Assembly (NCBI GenBank): GCA_030704615.1
Contig: CM060731.1
Location: forward strand, 34,100,001-34,164,000
Length of the DNA stretch: 64,000 nucleotides
From: Takakia lepidozioides
Lineage: Eukaryota > Plantae > Bryophyta
Direction of reading: 5' to 3'
Position 1 is the first letter of the stretch. Every line of letters starts with the position of its first letter. Shown one piece after another: positions 20,937 through 33,503 of this stretch. Under the pieces are notes generated by a model. It searched no databases, was not told the DNA's origin, and was given only the letters and a program-made list of their open reading frames with translations. Made by a program: the position numbers and the translations under genes.

Positions 20937-23900
20937 ATGAGTCGAAGAATGTGGCCCATCTGCAGGATCCCCAAGACATTCTCGCGTCGTCATCTTGCAT
21001 GGTGGGTATGTGTGCCTGCAATGCTTATGTTGCTTTTTCTGTTTCCAACCACTTTCTTCCTTCGGCCCAGTTATCTGAGGTCGCCGGGGGTCGATGTTTC
21101 GACCCCACCTCTTCCTCTGCAAGGGAAATCTCTCGACGGACCCGTTCAAGCCTTAATTGATGCGATAAGAGAGGCCACCAGAGCAGCTTCTGGTGGTCAG
21201 ATACCGACCTTCTCGGAGCACGACGCCCAGGTAATGCAAGTAGTTTGTTGCTAGCAGAATGTGATTAGGACGTTTTTCTGATTGAGTGGAGCTTTGATAA
21301 ATGCCGCATGTCGCTTGGGACTGGCGTTGACTACATATAACCAAAAATCCCACCGGAATTCAGATTATGCCCTCAATCTGCAGGCTAGTCTTGATTGTAC
21401 GAAATTCGGAAGACAGTTTGGAGCTTAATTCCCAGTAATAGTACAAGGCATCAGGTTACCAGTGTGAGAAGCAAATCATAATAGTTTGAATCTTTCCAGA
21501 ATTTGGTGTTTCCCTCTTTCTTGTCTCTCTTTGTCTCACACCTCAATGTCACACTGTCTGAGACATTTTTGGCTGTTAGAGAGCTAGGGCTGTTTTTCAC
21601 CCCGCCAGAAGAGGATATGACCCAGAATTAATAGTCAAGGCTAAGTCTGGCAATGTATTGCACTCATTCTGTCCCCATGCCTCGTTCTTTTAGCCTTCAG
21701 CACAAGGCTATGCCTTTTAGTCTATGGCCACAAGGCTCCGGTAAACAATGTTGTATGAGTACGCACTTTTAGCCGGTGCCAGATTAAAAAAAACTGCATG
21801 GAATCTTCTGGAAAAATAAATATGACAAGGTATGGTAAACCATGGTTTGTGAGTTGCCATTGATGTCGAATGATCCTCCTTACACAGTTGGACCAACCAG
21901 GTAGAACTATGCCTTCGAACTTTTCAAGGTCTCAAGTTTTCTGAAGGATTGTATCGTCATGGTATACTTCTTAGTGTCAATTAACTTGTAGCTCCTCTCT
22001 GCCAGACTCACCAGTAGGTCAATATACTTGGCATTTTTTCTTTTGGAACCTAGTTTCTTTTTCAACTTTGTAGCATTCATACCACTTCTAAACATTCATC
22101 CCCAAAGCGTTTGTTGTTTCAAAAAAAGAATCCGTCCTCAAACCTTGTTCTGAAATTCAGTAGTTCTAACAGTATGCTGTGATTGTGAAGGGAAGATGTG
22201 GGAGAAACACAACCCCTGCCAAAGCCGCAAAGAGCTAGGACCCAGATATGACCGTAGACCACATGCAAAAGTCCTAGACTTGAATCCTCAATGGGCTGAG
22301 GTCCTCAATGAATATGCAGCCCTCCACCGTGCCTGCAGGGGTAGCATCAACGGCATTTCAAATTATTTTCTTGCCAATGACACTAGCAGCAGTTGCAAGT
22401 TCTTGGTGGCAGACATCCATGGAGTTGGCCTGGGAAACAAGGTCTCGCTCTTGACCTCAGCTGTTTTATATGCGGTCTTGACACAAAGAGTACTTCTCAT
22501 AAACGCATATTCGTACATTCCATGGACAATGTGTCAACCCTTTCCGGGCTCGTCATGGCTACTGGACGGGGGATTCCCACTCCCTCAGAAAGGTTGGGAG
22601 AGCACTCTCTGGGGAAAATGGACTGGCTGGGAGCCACCCGTATGGAAATCTAGCGCGTTCTTTGAGAAAGGTAAGATGCAAAACGTCTTGGCACATTACT
22701 TGTTCACGTCTTGGTTATTCACAAACACTGCTTTGTAATACATCTCTTTTTGCCAGTTGAGCAAGCATTGCAGAAAGGCAGTCAGATATACTAGCTGAGA
22801 ATCTATACACTGGCATTCCTTGAAAAGGACAATGGGAGATAAGAGTCGCAGGACTCAACTTTCTGTAGTACCTATTCAAGGTGGTACCGACCAGTGCATG
22901 GGCATGGTGATATATGGGCAAGGTAAAAGAAGGTTGAAAGGAGGTGGCAGTAGCTCTCCATGGTTACCTGCTGGCAGGGGCAGTGCTTTGCCAAATTAGG
23001 TACCTAGAGACTTCCGAGTTCATAGAGAGGACCATGCAACACAAATACCTTGGCCATTGAAAGTGTCTGTGAAAATGCTGCTATCCATATCAGGTCAAGG
23101 AGGCGCTAATAGTTTTGCTGGCTCTGGCTGACATATGTTGGCCCTTCTCTCTTGAAACAGTAGAATAGGAACACCATTCGTGTATGCTCCCGTGGTGGTG
23201 CCCGATGTTAAACACTCAAGGGCAGTGCTACTCATGAGACAATGTTCTTGTTTCCAGCTGTGTTAAATCCTCTTCTGTGACTGTGTTAGGTGTTGACTTC
23301 TCAAAAGCAGGGAGGCAGACATCTCCCCTGTATGCAGTGAAGATTGATCATTCTCATCCAGAGACAAAGAGATTCTTTTGCAACACAGAACAAGCATATG
23401 CAACCCAAGTTCCTTGGATGTATTTTACTGGGTGTCTCTACTTCCTACCGAAGCTTTTTGCCGTCCCTGCCTTTCGGCCAGCTCTAGAGGCACTCTTCCC
23501 TGACCCTTCGTTGGCTCTCACCCACCTTTTGCGAACGGTGATGCTTCCACTCAACTCCATATGGGAGCAAGTTAAACAAGAGGACAATGCCCGATTTAAA
23601 GGTGCTCATCGTAGCGTTGGTATTCAGGTATGGTTTTTACTAAACGAGAAAAAAATATTCTATCTTAAGTTGCTGGTGCTACAGTGGGTTACATGGTTGG
23701 GTATGTACCCTGCCAGCCATTGTTCCTAGAGTAGACAAGCAGAGGCCAGCCATGGGGTTCCAACATCATCAGGGTGTAAAACGTAGTCTGGAATTTCCAT
23801 TGGATTGCAATGGGCGGGAGAGAATGTGCTCATAAGACGTTTTTTGTCGTAGCCTTTTGGCCATTGACCCCACACTCAGTTTGAGCAGAACACAAAGGGA

Positions 23901-25088
23901 CAGAAACTACCTTTGTCAGGGGCTGACGCCGGTAGTATGACTTACCTTGGAGCAGACTATTAATCCGAGTTTTCCAGATATCCTCTAGAAATCCCTTCAC
24001 AAAGCATCAATATGCTGTGTGTGGTTTGCCCAATCACTAGGCCCCAAAAGGGCCTGGGCTTTTGGCTCAGCCTCAAGACTTTCAAAGTTGGTAAACAGAC
24101 CTTGATGGATTTGAAGAGGGTGTCTCTCTCATGAGAGTACCCAGGAGAATGAATCAGAAAATGAATATTGTCTTCAGGTTGCCCACACAACCGGCAATTG
24201 CAATCCCTCTTTCCTCTCTGCATCTGTTTGCTGTTCAAAGGTGGGCTTCCCTCCCTGAGTTTAAATTTCAGTCTAGTGCTGAGGGTGGGTAAACCCTTGA
24301 GGTCATCCATGATGGCCTCTCCCATTAGCCTCTACGTCAGATTTATCCAACAGGGTGAAGACTTGTGGGCTTAGATTCAGATCCTCTTGGTCATTCACCA
24401 ATTGGCACTCAATTGGCTGACTTTTGATGGAATGGTGCAGGTTCGATATCTTTGGGGTAGGAGTGTTGTCTTCAACAAGGCCACAAGCAAGAGAGCGAAT
24501 GCCCACATCAAGCAGTGTGCTGCTGAAAATAATATCCTCCCCAACATTATTGGCAAAGGGAACCCCAAAAAGTTTGTGCCCAATGAAAGCTCAAATTCAA
24601 CAGATATTCCTATGCACCGCGAAATACAAGTCCTCGTCACGTCCCTCCATACATCTCTCTATGAGGATTTGACAGAGACCTATTCACGGCATGAAACTGT
24701 GACTGGCGAGACGGTGCGTGTGGCACAATTGACCCACAACAGTAAACAGACCTTTAGCGCTGGTGAAGATAACCAGGCACTGGTGGAGGTTCTGCTGCTC
24801 AGTTTTGTTGATGATCTTTTTGTCACTCCTTTATCAACATTTGGTGGTCTGGCACAAGCCTACGGAGCGCTTACCCCTCGGTTCATTGAAATGAAGAAGA
24901 ACTATAGGTCTTGTGTGCAGGCTCAGACAGTAGATCTCTGCTATCAAAGGGCACAATTGTACTATGATTGTCCTCATGACTGGGATGTTGATTGGAAGCC
25001 CATTGAAAGGGTAGTTCCTTACATCAAAAGATGTTTGCCCATTGAAGAGGGTGATGGGGTACAATTAATGCCACCTCCCTTAAGCTGA
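20937..25088 (+). CDS. Xyloglucan alpha-1,2-fucosyltransferase family (GT37), about 584 aa type II membrane protein
   Basis: Exons 20937-21230, 22196-22670, 23290-23627 and 24441-25088 join in frame with GT-AG sites. N-terminal TM segment; motifs GLGNKVSLLTSAVLYAVLTQRVLL, CQPFPGSSWLL, YFLPKLF, GIQVR, VLVTSL, ALVEVLLLSF..TPLSTFGGLAQAYG. Confidence 0.9.
23828..24390 (-). mobile_element. Degenerate LINE 3' fragment of the same family as 9225-10037, in FUT intron 3
   Basis: ORF 24325-23960 DDLKGLPTLSTRLKFKLREGS..CRLCGQPEDNIHFLIH, with the same 3' terminus (cttatgagcac). A further 3' stub lies at ~21715-21763 (+). Confidence 0.8.
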
Positions 25089-26693
25089 AAAAGAGAGGAT
25101 TTGTCCATTGTACATGTTGTAAATAAGTCTTACAGGGTTTCATCATTTCAATGTTATTAAGGGCTAGCAAGCCTAATGTCCTAAGCTTCTGACTTTTGTT
25201 GAATCAGTGAGCCTGTTACTCTGTTGCAAAACTCGGATCAGATCCTTTGAAGACCCGCCAACGCATTTAAAGGAGATTTAAGCTGGATCTGGTCGATTAT
25301 GAATGTCAACCACATGCAGCCTTCACACGGCCCCAGTGAACTTTCTCCCTAACAAAAAACATATCCCCACTTTTCTGAGGATATGGGGGCCAGGGTGGCC
25401 ATGGAGCACACACTTCATTACCACAGGACTAGACAAGGATCCACTGCACACGGAAGAAGCCCGGAAGGGGAGATTTGTTCATTTACTTTCACAATTGTCC
25501 AGTGTCATCAACAGAAGAGTTGCTCCTAAGCTTCTAAAAAACTCAGCTGTACACAGTCCATCAGTCCGGTACCAGCATTGGCTTCCTTTCAGCAGAGGAA
25601 ATTCCGAGAAACCAGAGTGACAACTTCCTAATGTTGGAGACAAGCTTCCAAGGGTATTCCTGGGGCTAAAAGCTAGCAGCATCTGCAACAAGCAACTACT
25701 GAACAGCTTCAATGTGACAGATGGTCGAGATTCTTAGCCAGGTGTTTTGTCCTCGTCCTATTATGACACAGAAAGAGAAAGAGCAGCTAAGGGGCAGGCC
25801 AAAGAGCAGCACGAGTCTCAGGATTAATGACAGAACACTGGGACCTCCAGGAGAGAGTCTGGGGCCAGAGTTGAAAGAGTATCCTGCTACTGGTGCATAG
25901 TTTGTTCTGCTCTACAATCTCCAACAATTCACAAGGTGAATGAATGCAATGGACTATTAGAACCTTCGCACTTGCCCCCCAACCAAACGTTAGTGTCAGC
26001 GTTGTAAGAGGTTGAGGGTGGAGGTGTTTTGACATGACGCCAGTAAACAAACAATCTCGAAATGTGAGGCCAGCCAAGCACAGAAACCGGCACAGGTTAT
26101 CAACAGGTCCTTGGATCTTCATATGTATATAGCAGCAAAGATGATTTTCACATGAAGTTTTCCCTTTGCTTTCGAATTGCAAGTATCCTATGATCTAGCT
26201 CTTATGAGAAAACCTCCCTAACTCCCTACATCTAAAGATGAGATGCAAAAAACCCTTTAAACAAGACTACTGGCTACCTGGAGGAGCATATTGTACAAGC
26301 GGAGTTGAGGGGCCATCACTGGTTGTGCTGCGCCACCATGGATGAATAAGGTTTTTTGCAAAGGGGGGTTCCTGTACAGATTCAGGGCTTTTAAGAGGGG
26401 ATTCAGAGCGTAGCACGTCTCAACTAGAAGTCTAGGCACATCCCCCTCACTTGCCTTTGCACTAACAAGAATCCCCGCCACGTGAGTGACTTCAGTTCTC
26501 GAACAGGCCTGGTGAAGGCAATGACATGTCCATTCGACCTATTTCCTCCTGCACAACAATTACCAGTGCCTCCGCATCTCCCAAGTCCGCAATTAGGAAT
26601 CAGAGAGAGCCAAATCATTGGGCCATTGGATGGTTCGTGGTTTGTGGGCTGATAGCCCACAAAGAAAAACCATTACTTCGGCTGCGATCAAAC

Positions 26694-27137
26694 TCATGCA
26701 CTTATTCGAAAGCAAGTCGGAATAAGATGCATTCTGCATGAGGATGATAGACAGTCCCCACGCTTGCTAAACAGATGAGAAGCTCTAATGGTCCATTTGT
26801 CCTTCAGCAATCTGGCTTGAAGTGGGAGCCGGAAATTGCATGCAACCACAGCCCAGGCTGCGGCTTTCAACTTCATCAACGATGACTTCATCTTGTCAGG
26901 CAGTGTCTGTTCCCTTGAAAATGTATAAGTGCGAAGATATTGCTGCCGGATCCCGTAATCCCGAGGTGCTGTTGCAAAATCGAAGCCTTCATCATCTGAG
27001 TAGTCATTGTGAAGGGAAGAAAATGGAACCTCAATCAGTTTGAAGTTATCGACATCCGATCGCCGCTTGCTTAGACTTTCAAAATGACTGGTAAAGGGCG
27101 CTGTAGCGTAATTCCGTGAAACATAAGGGCTCATCAT
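26694..27137 (-). CDS. Uncharacterised small plant protein (RQxYLRxYTFSR motif), about 147 aa from the first ATG
   Basis: Open frame 27230-26694 with first ATG at 27137. RQQYLRTYTFSREQTLPDKMKSSL resembles a motif in plant proteins of unknown function. A CT/CA-rich 5'UTR-like tract lies at ~27585-27632. Confidence 0.6.
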   Translation of the reverse strand: MMSPYVSRNYATAPFTSHFESLSKRRSDVDNFKLIEVPFSSLHNDYSDDEGFDFATAPRDYGIRQQYLRTYTFSREQTLPDKMKSSLMKLKAAAWAVVACNFRLPLQARLLKDKWTIRASHLFSKRGDCLSSSCRMHLIPTCFRISA

Positions 27138-30100
27138 CCTGAATGTTTGATCCGCCACAAACTTAGCTCCTCCTGCTTTCCTAACAGCAATGTCTAAGGT
27201 CGAAGGCTCGTGATCAGCTTGGTTCGGCACACTGATTACAACCCACTACACGATATCTTCTGCGTGCAAAACGGCTGTCATATCAAATTTGTTCTCTGCC
27301 CCAAGCAGCATCGTCGAGTGTCAGCTAATGAGAATTGCTCCACTTTTTCTTTCACCTTCCTCAGCCCTCTACGGAAATCCGACTGCTTGTTCAGCTGGAA
27401 TACCTGCTCCTTCGCACTCACCGTTCTCTATTTAGCAGTAGTATTTCCCGATCTCAGTCAGAACAGATACGGAGAGCGAAACTCCTTCCGAATCATAAAC
27501 GTGAATGAGGAAATCGCAGAAGTCACAGATGACCACCCCAAAAACGGCCTTCCAGTTCTCTGTGATGCCTGATTTCCAATTATTAGTGTGTGTGTGTGAA
27601 CAGCACCGAGAGGGAGAGAGAGAAAGAGAGAGCTGGGTTTCTGAAAGAAATGGCGGTCCAGCTACCCAACACATACAATCACATAACCAACCGAGATGGA
27701 AGAGAGGGGAAAGCTGGGAGAGAGCGCTGAGTGCGAGATACCCACAAGAAGGAATGGTTGCAGAGAAACTCCGTTAAATAGCAGCGAAGCTTCTCTCAAC
27801 AATGAGCACGGCGGCTCGAAGAAGAAGAGACCTCTCAGCAGCACACACCCTGCCCACGTAAGTACTTGGAGACGCTTTGGTCCCCCTCCCTTTTTACCGG
27901 TCCACAGCCCTCTACTTTCACTAATTACCACCGATAAAGTTACTATTCCTTTTTCACTTGCACTTGAGCAGGTAGCCCAGTGTTGGGTGTTTGTGCCTTG
28001 CCTGTGCATGGCATGACCTGGGTGATCCTGGGTTCAATCCTTCAACATGTGCCTTCACCTATCCATCGGCCCCTCGATGGGCTGTAGGCTCTGTAAATCC
28101 ACTGGACGTTAAACAAACTTTAAACTGGGACGGTTGAAGCAACTACCACTGAGCATGAACTATGGGGATCAGGTTTCATGGGGTTTTTTCCCCCCCATGG
28201 AACCGGTTATGGTGGGATGGTTGAAGAATTTGCGATGAGCATAACTCAGTTTCATGGGGAATTTGGCGTTAAGTCAATTTTAGCGACTCGTCCCGCCGAA
28301 GTTTTTGAATCAATTTTCTGGGTGGTTTTCATTTCATGCCTTCAATAATAATAAATCCTTGTCCTCCTATTGTACCTCACTTGAGTCTACCTAGCACATC
28401 TTGTATTGATCTATTTAAATTAATCTGCTTTATCTGAGACCCGTAACAATTATTTCATTCTCACTTATAGCTACTTCCATCCAGATTCCAAAGGAAGTAA
28501 TGAAGATTTGACGAACACCTCATTCGTAAACTGATAGGCACAATTTGGTTATTTTGATCTTCATTCCTAGATCCTACAAGAGAGAAGATGCCGGCCGGGC
28601 AAAAATGTGCCCAACAGTTCCATTGGGTACAGTAGTAGTAGGCACTTAGTCACAAACACTCCTACCGACAGGGGGACTTTCTCAGTGCGATACTTGTTGC
28701 ATTTACGGGTGTGGACTTTCTTGCACGATAATCAAATATGGTTGCTATAGTCACCCACACAGTACTTGTGCGGATTCCGGAAGCGTCGATGCAGCAGTCT
28801 CACTCTCACCGAGGAACGACAGTCAAAAGGAGCGGCTGCTCCAGCCACCCTACGGGTCATGTCACAATGAACTCCCACCGGTCACACGAAAAACTGTTGA
28901 CTGAGGTTTACACCTTAGTATGATGTTTCGAGTTTCGACTTGCTTTGGGTCCCTGCATGTTTTGTATGTTTGACTCCCTCTTTTGTTGGGTCGGCCTTTT
29001 CCTAAAGGCAAGGACTCCTTACGCGATAAAATCATGGGTTGGAGAAGGGAACATTGTTACAATTATTGCCAACTGAAGTATGAGGATGGATGAATGTGAT
29101 GCATTGACAATCCAAGGCAGGGCTAGCCTGCATCCATGTGCCTGGCCTCCTTCCCAAAAAGAACTTGCTACTTACAGAATTTGCTTAACTTATAAAGCAA
29201 TCTCTCCCTACCTACTAGGGATTTGCTTACCTCTCTCCAAATAACATATAATCCCCAAATTAGAAATGAATGCTCTGGTTTGGCAGGGCAGCCGGCCGCA
29301 GCCGTCATCCATCCCTAAGATAGTAGAGATAGGCTCATGTCCTAGAAGGAACCAACTTTTGTTGGCAATTCACTAGGGTCCCTTCCCCAACTTACTGATG
29401 CATAAGGCTATTTCATAGATGAGGCAAAATATTTGGGGAATATATTGGGACCCAATTTGGGAGGTTGACAAAACCGCACACAACAAAAATTTGCCAAGAA
29501 TTGCGAAAAACTTGTTGACAAGAACTCGGCGAATTTCCGCCAAATTTCGACTTCAAAAAAAAGATGGAATATTCTGTTGAAAATTCCCTGTTTTTTTCAT
29601 TGATGAAATCGCAAAACTTCTCCAAATAAAAAATAAATTATGGATGAATTTGCCAAATATGGATGATATAAATGGATTAAAGTATGGAAGAGGATGATTC
29701 TATCCTAATTTCAATGGATGAACAGAATGTACAGCTAAAACGCTGTACATTGTAGCCACTGGTGCTGTTTTCCCAAAGTTTTCAGGAAAAAACCCTGATA
29801 CATAAGAAGTATGTGAATATAGTAAGGTTTGAATATTTGTCCTCCCTCAAATCTTCTGAGGAATCCCAAAATGAATGAGACACCGACACGCTTGGGATCT
29901 CCCATTCTTTTCTTTATTTTCCCCCTTCAACTGAGCCTGCTGCCAGAATGCAGCCTATTTGGGTGCAGACAATTCTGTGTAGGGAATTATAGCCAAGGGT
30001 CAACGACAAACAAAAGAAGAATCCCCGGCAGCCAAATCCTGAGGGGTGATCTGGACGCATCTGCCATTTTGCTTTCCTGGGTGTTGCCAATCTGGCCGAA

Positions 30101-30602
30101 CAGGGAGACTTCAATCCAGATGTGTGTGTTGGTGTGTCACTGTGGCCTGCAGCTCTGCCTGCCCAGACACTGTTGCAGCATGGATCGTCTGGCATCATTC
30201 TCCAGTTACATGAGTCAGTTCATCTTGACCGCATGGCATAGTTGGAAGAGCCCAAGTTCCAACCACCCGCGTTAGCTTATCCACATGCATCTAGAGATCT
30301 GTGATCGATGTGAGCTGTTAGGAATTTTTGGGCAACTGGAAAGTCATTAGTCATTACTCTGCACTCCTTGTTCAGAAGTAAAAGTGGTATTCTGATGCAT
30401 TTAGGCGGACCTGGTTGGCGCTTTTCTTGTGCTCCAAGAGGAGGCTTTTGAGCCATACAAAAGGCAAGGCCACGCACAGGCCGGTGGTCTACCTTTATTA
30501 TTATTAGTTGTGTTTTTGTAGCTAGCAGTCAGGAACCATGCAGAAACCCACTGTTCAAGCTGGAAAGGCATGGGGATGTGGCAGGCCCTGCTGCTCCCAT
30601 CG

Positions 30603-30790
30603 TTAAACCCAGCTGGACTGCAGTCTGCAATACCACAGCGGGCTACCTTGGCAAAGAGGACCTGACAAGCAGTCCATGTGAAATGCGTGGCAGGAGGAGA
30701 GCTTGAGCGACGATCCGCTCTCCCTGCACAGCTCTTGGGCGATGATCATTTGCGCGCCACCACAGTCGTGTGATAAATTTAGTGCCATTT
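30603..30790 (-). pseudogene. Possible degenerate PHD/RING zinc-finger exon fragment
   Basis: ELCRESGSSLKLSSCHAFHMDCLSGPLCQGSPLWYC resembles the PHD consensus C..AFH..CL..PL....WYC but lacks several Cys. Confidence 0.3.
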
Positions 30791-32671
30791 CAGGTATCCC
30801 ATCTTCCCCACAGGTTGCCTAAAAAAGACAAGACGCCGCCACGCACCCACCACACACACAACGCTTGATGAGGCATCGTGTGAGTGCTGCCTGCTTTGCG
30901 GACGTGCTTTACTTACCTAAGTTACGTCCTCCATTACTGCACCACCTCCACCACCCTCCCTTCCATGTCTTGTGGGTGTGTGCACTGTGCCTGTTTCCCT
31001 AAAGAAAAAGAACACCCATTTCTAGAAGGAAAAAAAACATGCACAAATGGGTTAAGAATGATCAGTCATTCAAAAGTTGGGTCACTCCAGAAAATCCGAC
31101 CATGTAAAGTTGGCACAACCTGAGGGTGTGACGTTGGCACGATCACAACCGCGGTCCCATGCGATTGGCTCTTCCCATAGTGTCGGATTGCCTGACCTTC
31201 CCAAACTAGCCAAATGAATTGGGGTACATAGAACGATCACAAAAGCATATAATCAGTCTTATATGTATGTAAAGCGTACATATAAGGCTGATTTCTCTTC
31301 GTTATTATCGGTATACAACCGTAATAGCCAGCCACGAGTGCGAGGGCAATACAAAAAAGTATAATGCACAGTGACGATTACACTCTCCGTAATGCACACC
31401 TCCGACGATGAAAGGAAAAAGAAAATCATCCCATTTCTTTCCGGAGAGGAGGGCCCCTCCAATTTTATGCCCTAGGGCCTTGGGCGGTACTGGGGCCTTC
31501 TTCTATACTTATCTCCAATTTGTCCCAATGGTGTCCTAACTTGAGATTTGTCTTGGTCCATTGATGGGTCCCTGTGCCCAGTGGGGTCCCTGAAAATTGC
31601 TTTCCAACTAATCAAGCTTTCCAATTGGACCACGTGGGACAGAGACAGAGTTTGGGGACACATGGTTGCTTCTTGCGGACCCCATGTGGCAGATCATAAT
31701 ACTTCTGTCGTTTCTGGAACAAAAAGGCTTAGTCAATACGGACCAACAAACGATCTGTTCTGTGTGGGCCCTGTCTTGCATGCATACGTACCACGTATTC
31801 ATCCAAGATACATACAGTCATCTAGGGTACGTCCAAAGACTAAGTCCAGCCTCACACAGCGTACCTCTAAGCCTATGCCACATGTTATGTTTCGTCTCAT
31901 ATGCTTGGACTCCTGTACCCTTCAGCTCCACGTCACCTGCCAGATGGATGTTTTTATCGATAGAGTTAATTCCACCTCAAGTCACCATTTATAAAAGCGT
32001 CCGACTCCTCTAGGTACATGCACCTCCTCTTAATATTTGAGGTGTAACAATCTTATTGGCTTGCTCATTCAATTCGGCCGATAAAATGCAGATGAAGAGA
32101 AGAAAACTCTTGTCGAAATAGATGTAACTTATGGTGTCATTTAACCCAAAAGACTATATTAACCTTTTGCTTTGGAAGGTGGCCACCTTTTGGTAGATAT
32201 ATTGTTGATCCAACCATCCTTTTTTACATGGTTGGGGTTAGGTATAATGGGTGACATCCAGCTTATACCTATGCTAACAATCTTATGGGCTTGTTGTTCA
32301 ATTTGAGTGGTAAATGCAAAGGAAGACAATAACACTCTTGTTGTAACAGATGTAACGTATGGTGTCACTTCATCCCAAGGAACGAAGAGGATGAGGGCCC
32401 CAAGGGAGAGTAGATTATGGCAACTCTTCATCGGAGGGACTAGTGCCTTTCATGGCACCCTAGAATACAAGAGATACCTACAATCCAGTACTAATAGGCG
32501 AGTTATTAAAACCCGAACCGGTGGCTGACGTCAGGCTCGGTTGAAGGACCCAATAGTCCACGAAAAGGTCAAAAGGTTGAATTGCTTTCTTTGTAGAATA
32601 GCTTGTTTTTTCCCCATGATTCTGTGAAACTAGATAATGTGAGGATGCTGGGTGGCAGCCAGCTAATACTC

Positions 32672-33357
32672 ATTATAATATTATAATATTTGACGCCTCC
32701 AAAAGGAAGCGTAAATTATGGCGTCTCTTCACCTCGAAGGGTTAGTGCCTTGTGCTAGGAAGGTGGAGACCTTTGTGACACCAATTGGTGGATTGAACCC
32801 ACAACCACTTCCGAGGTGGTATATGCCCATAACTGGGCTACAACTTGGTTGTCACTGATACTTAAATCGAATAAAAATATAGACACCTCCCGAACGGAGC
32901 GTAAATTATGGTGTCTCTTCACCACAAGGCTACTGCTGCGGAAAGGTGGACACCTTCATGACACACCGGACCATGGTTTGAACTCACAACCACATCCAAC
33001 GTGGTATGTGCCCATTACCACTTGGCTACATGTTGGTTGTCCGCTAATACTCATAGCCAAGGGAGACATTTGTTTGTAGACGGACATAGTAAGAGCACCC
33101 CCAAGGTAGGTACGCCATGCCATTTCCAACGCCATTTTGGCACGGCGGTTCCCCGGATCCTCACCCTACCCCGCCAACACTATAAAAATAATAATAATAA
33201 TAATGACTCTTTCCGAAGGGAGCGTAACTTATGGTGTCACTTCACCACAAAGGCTACTTCCTTCCGGCTGAAAGGTGGACACCTTCATGACACACCAGAC
33301 CATGGTTTGAACCCACAACCACATCCAACGTGGTGCCCATTACCACTCGGCTACATG
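32672..33357 (-). mobile_element. Three clustered tRNA-derived SINE copies (about 170 bp each)
   Basis: Copies at ~32672-32845, ~32870-33035 and ~33184-33357. The minus strand shows A-box TAGCC(C/G/A)AGT, B-box (G/A)GTTCAA(T/A)CC and an (ATT)n tail. Confidence 0.65.
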
Positions 33358-33503
33358 CTGGTTGTCCCGCCAACACTATATTTGGCACCGAGGGACCTAT
33401 GCAAAAGGCAGGGCCATATTTTACATCTTTGGCGTACCTCGCCAAACCTCCGCGTACACATGCACGCCCAAGCACTGGGGAGCAAGTCTCGTGTGTGCAC
33501 ATC

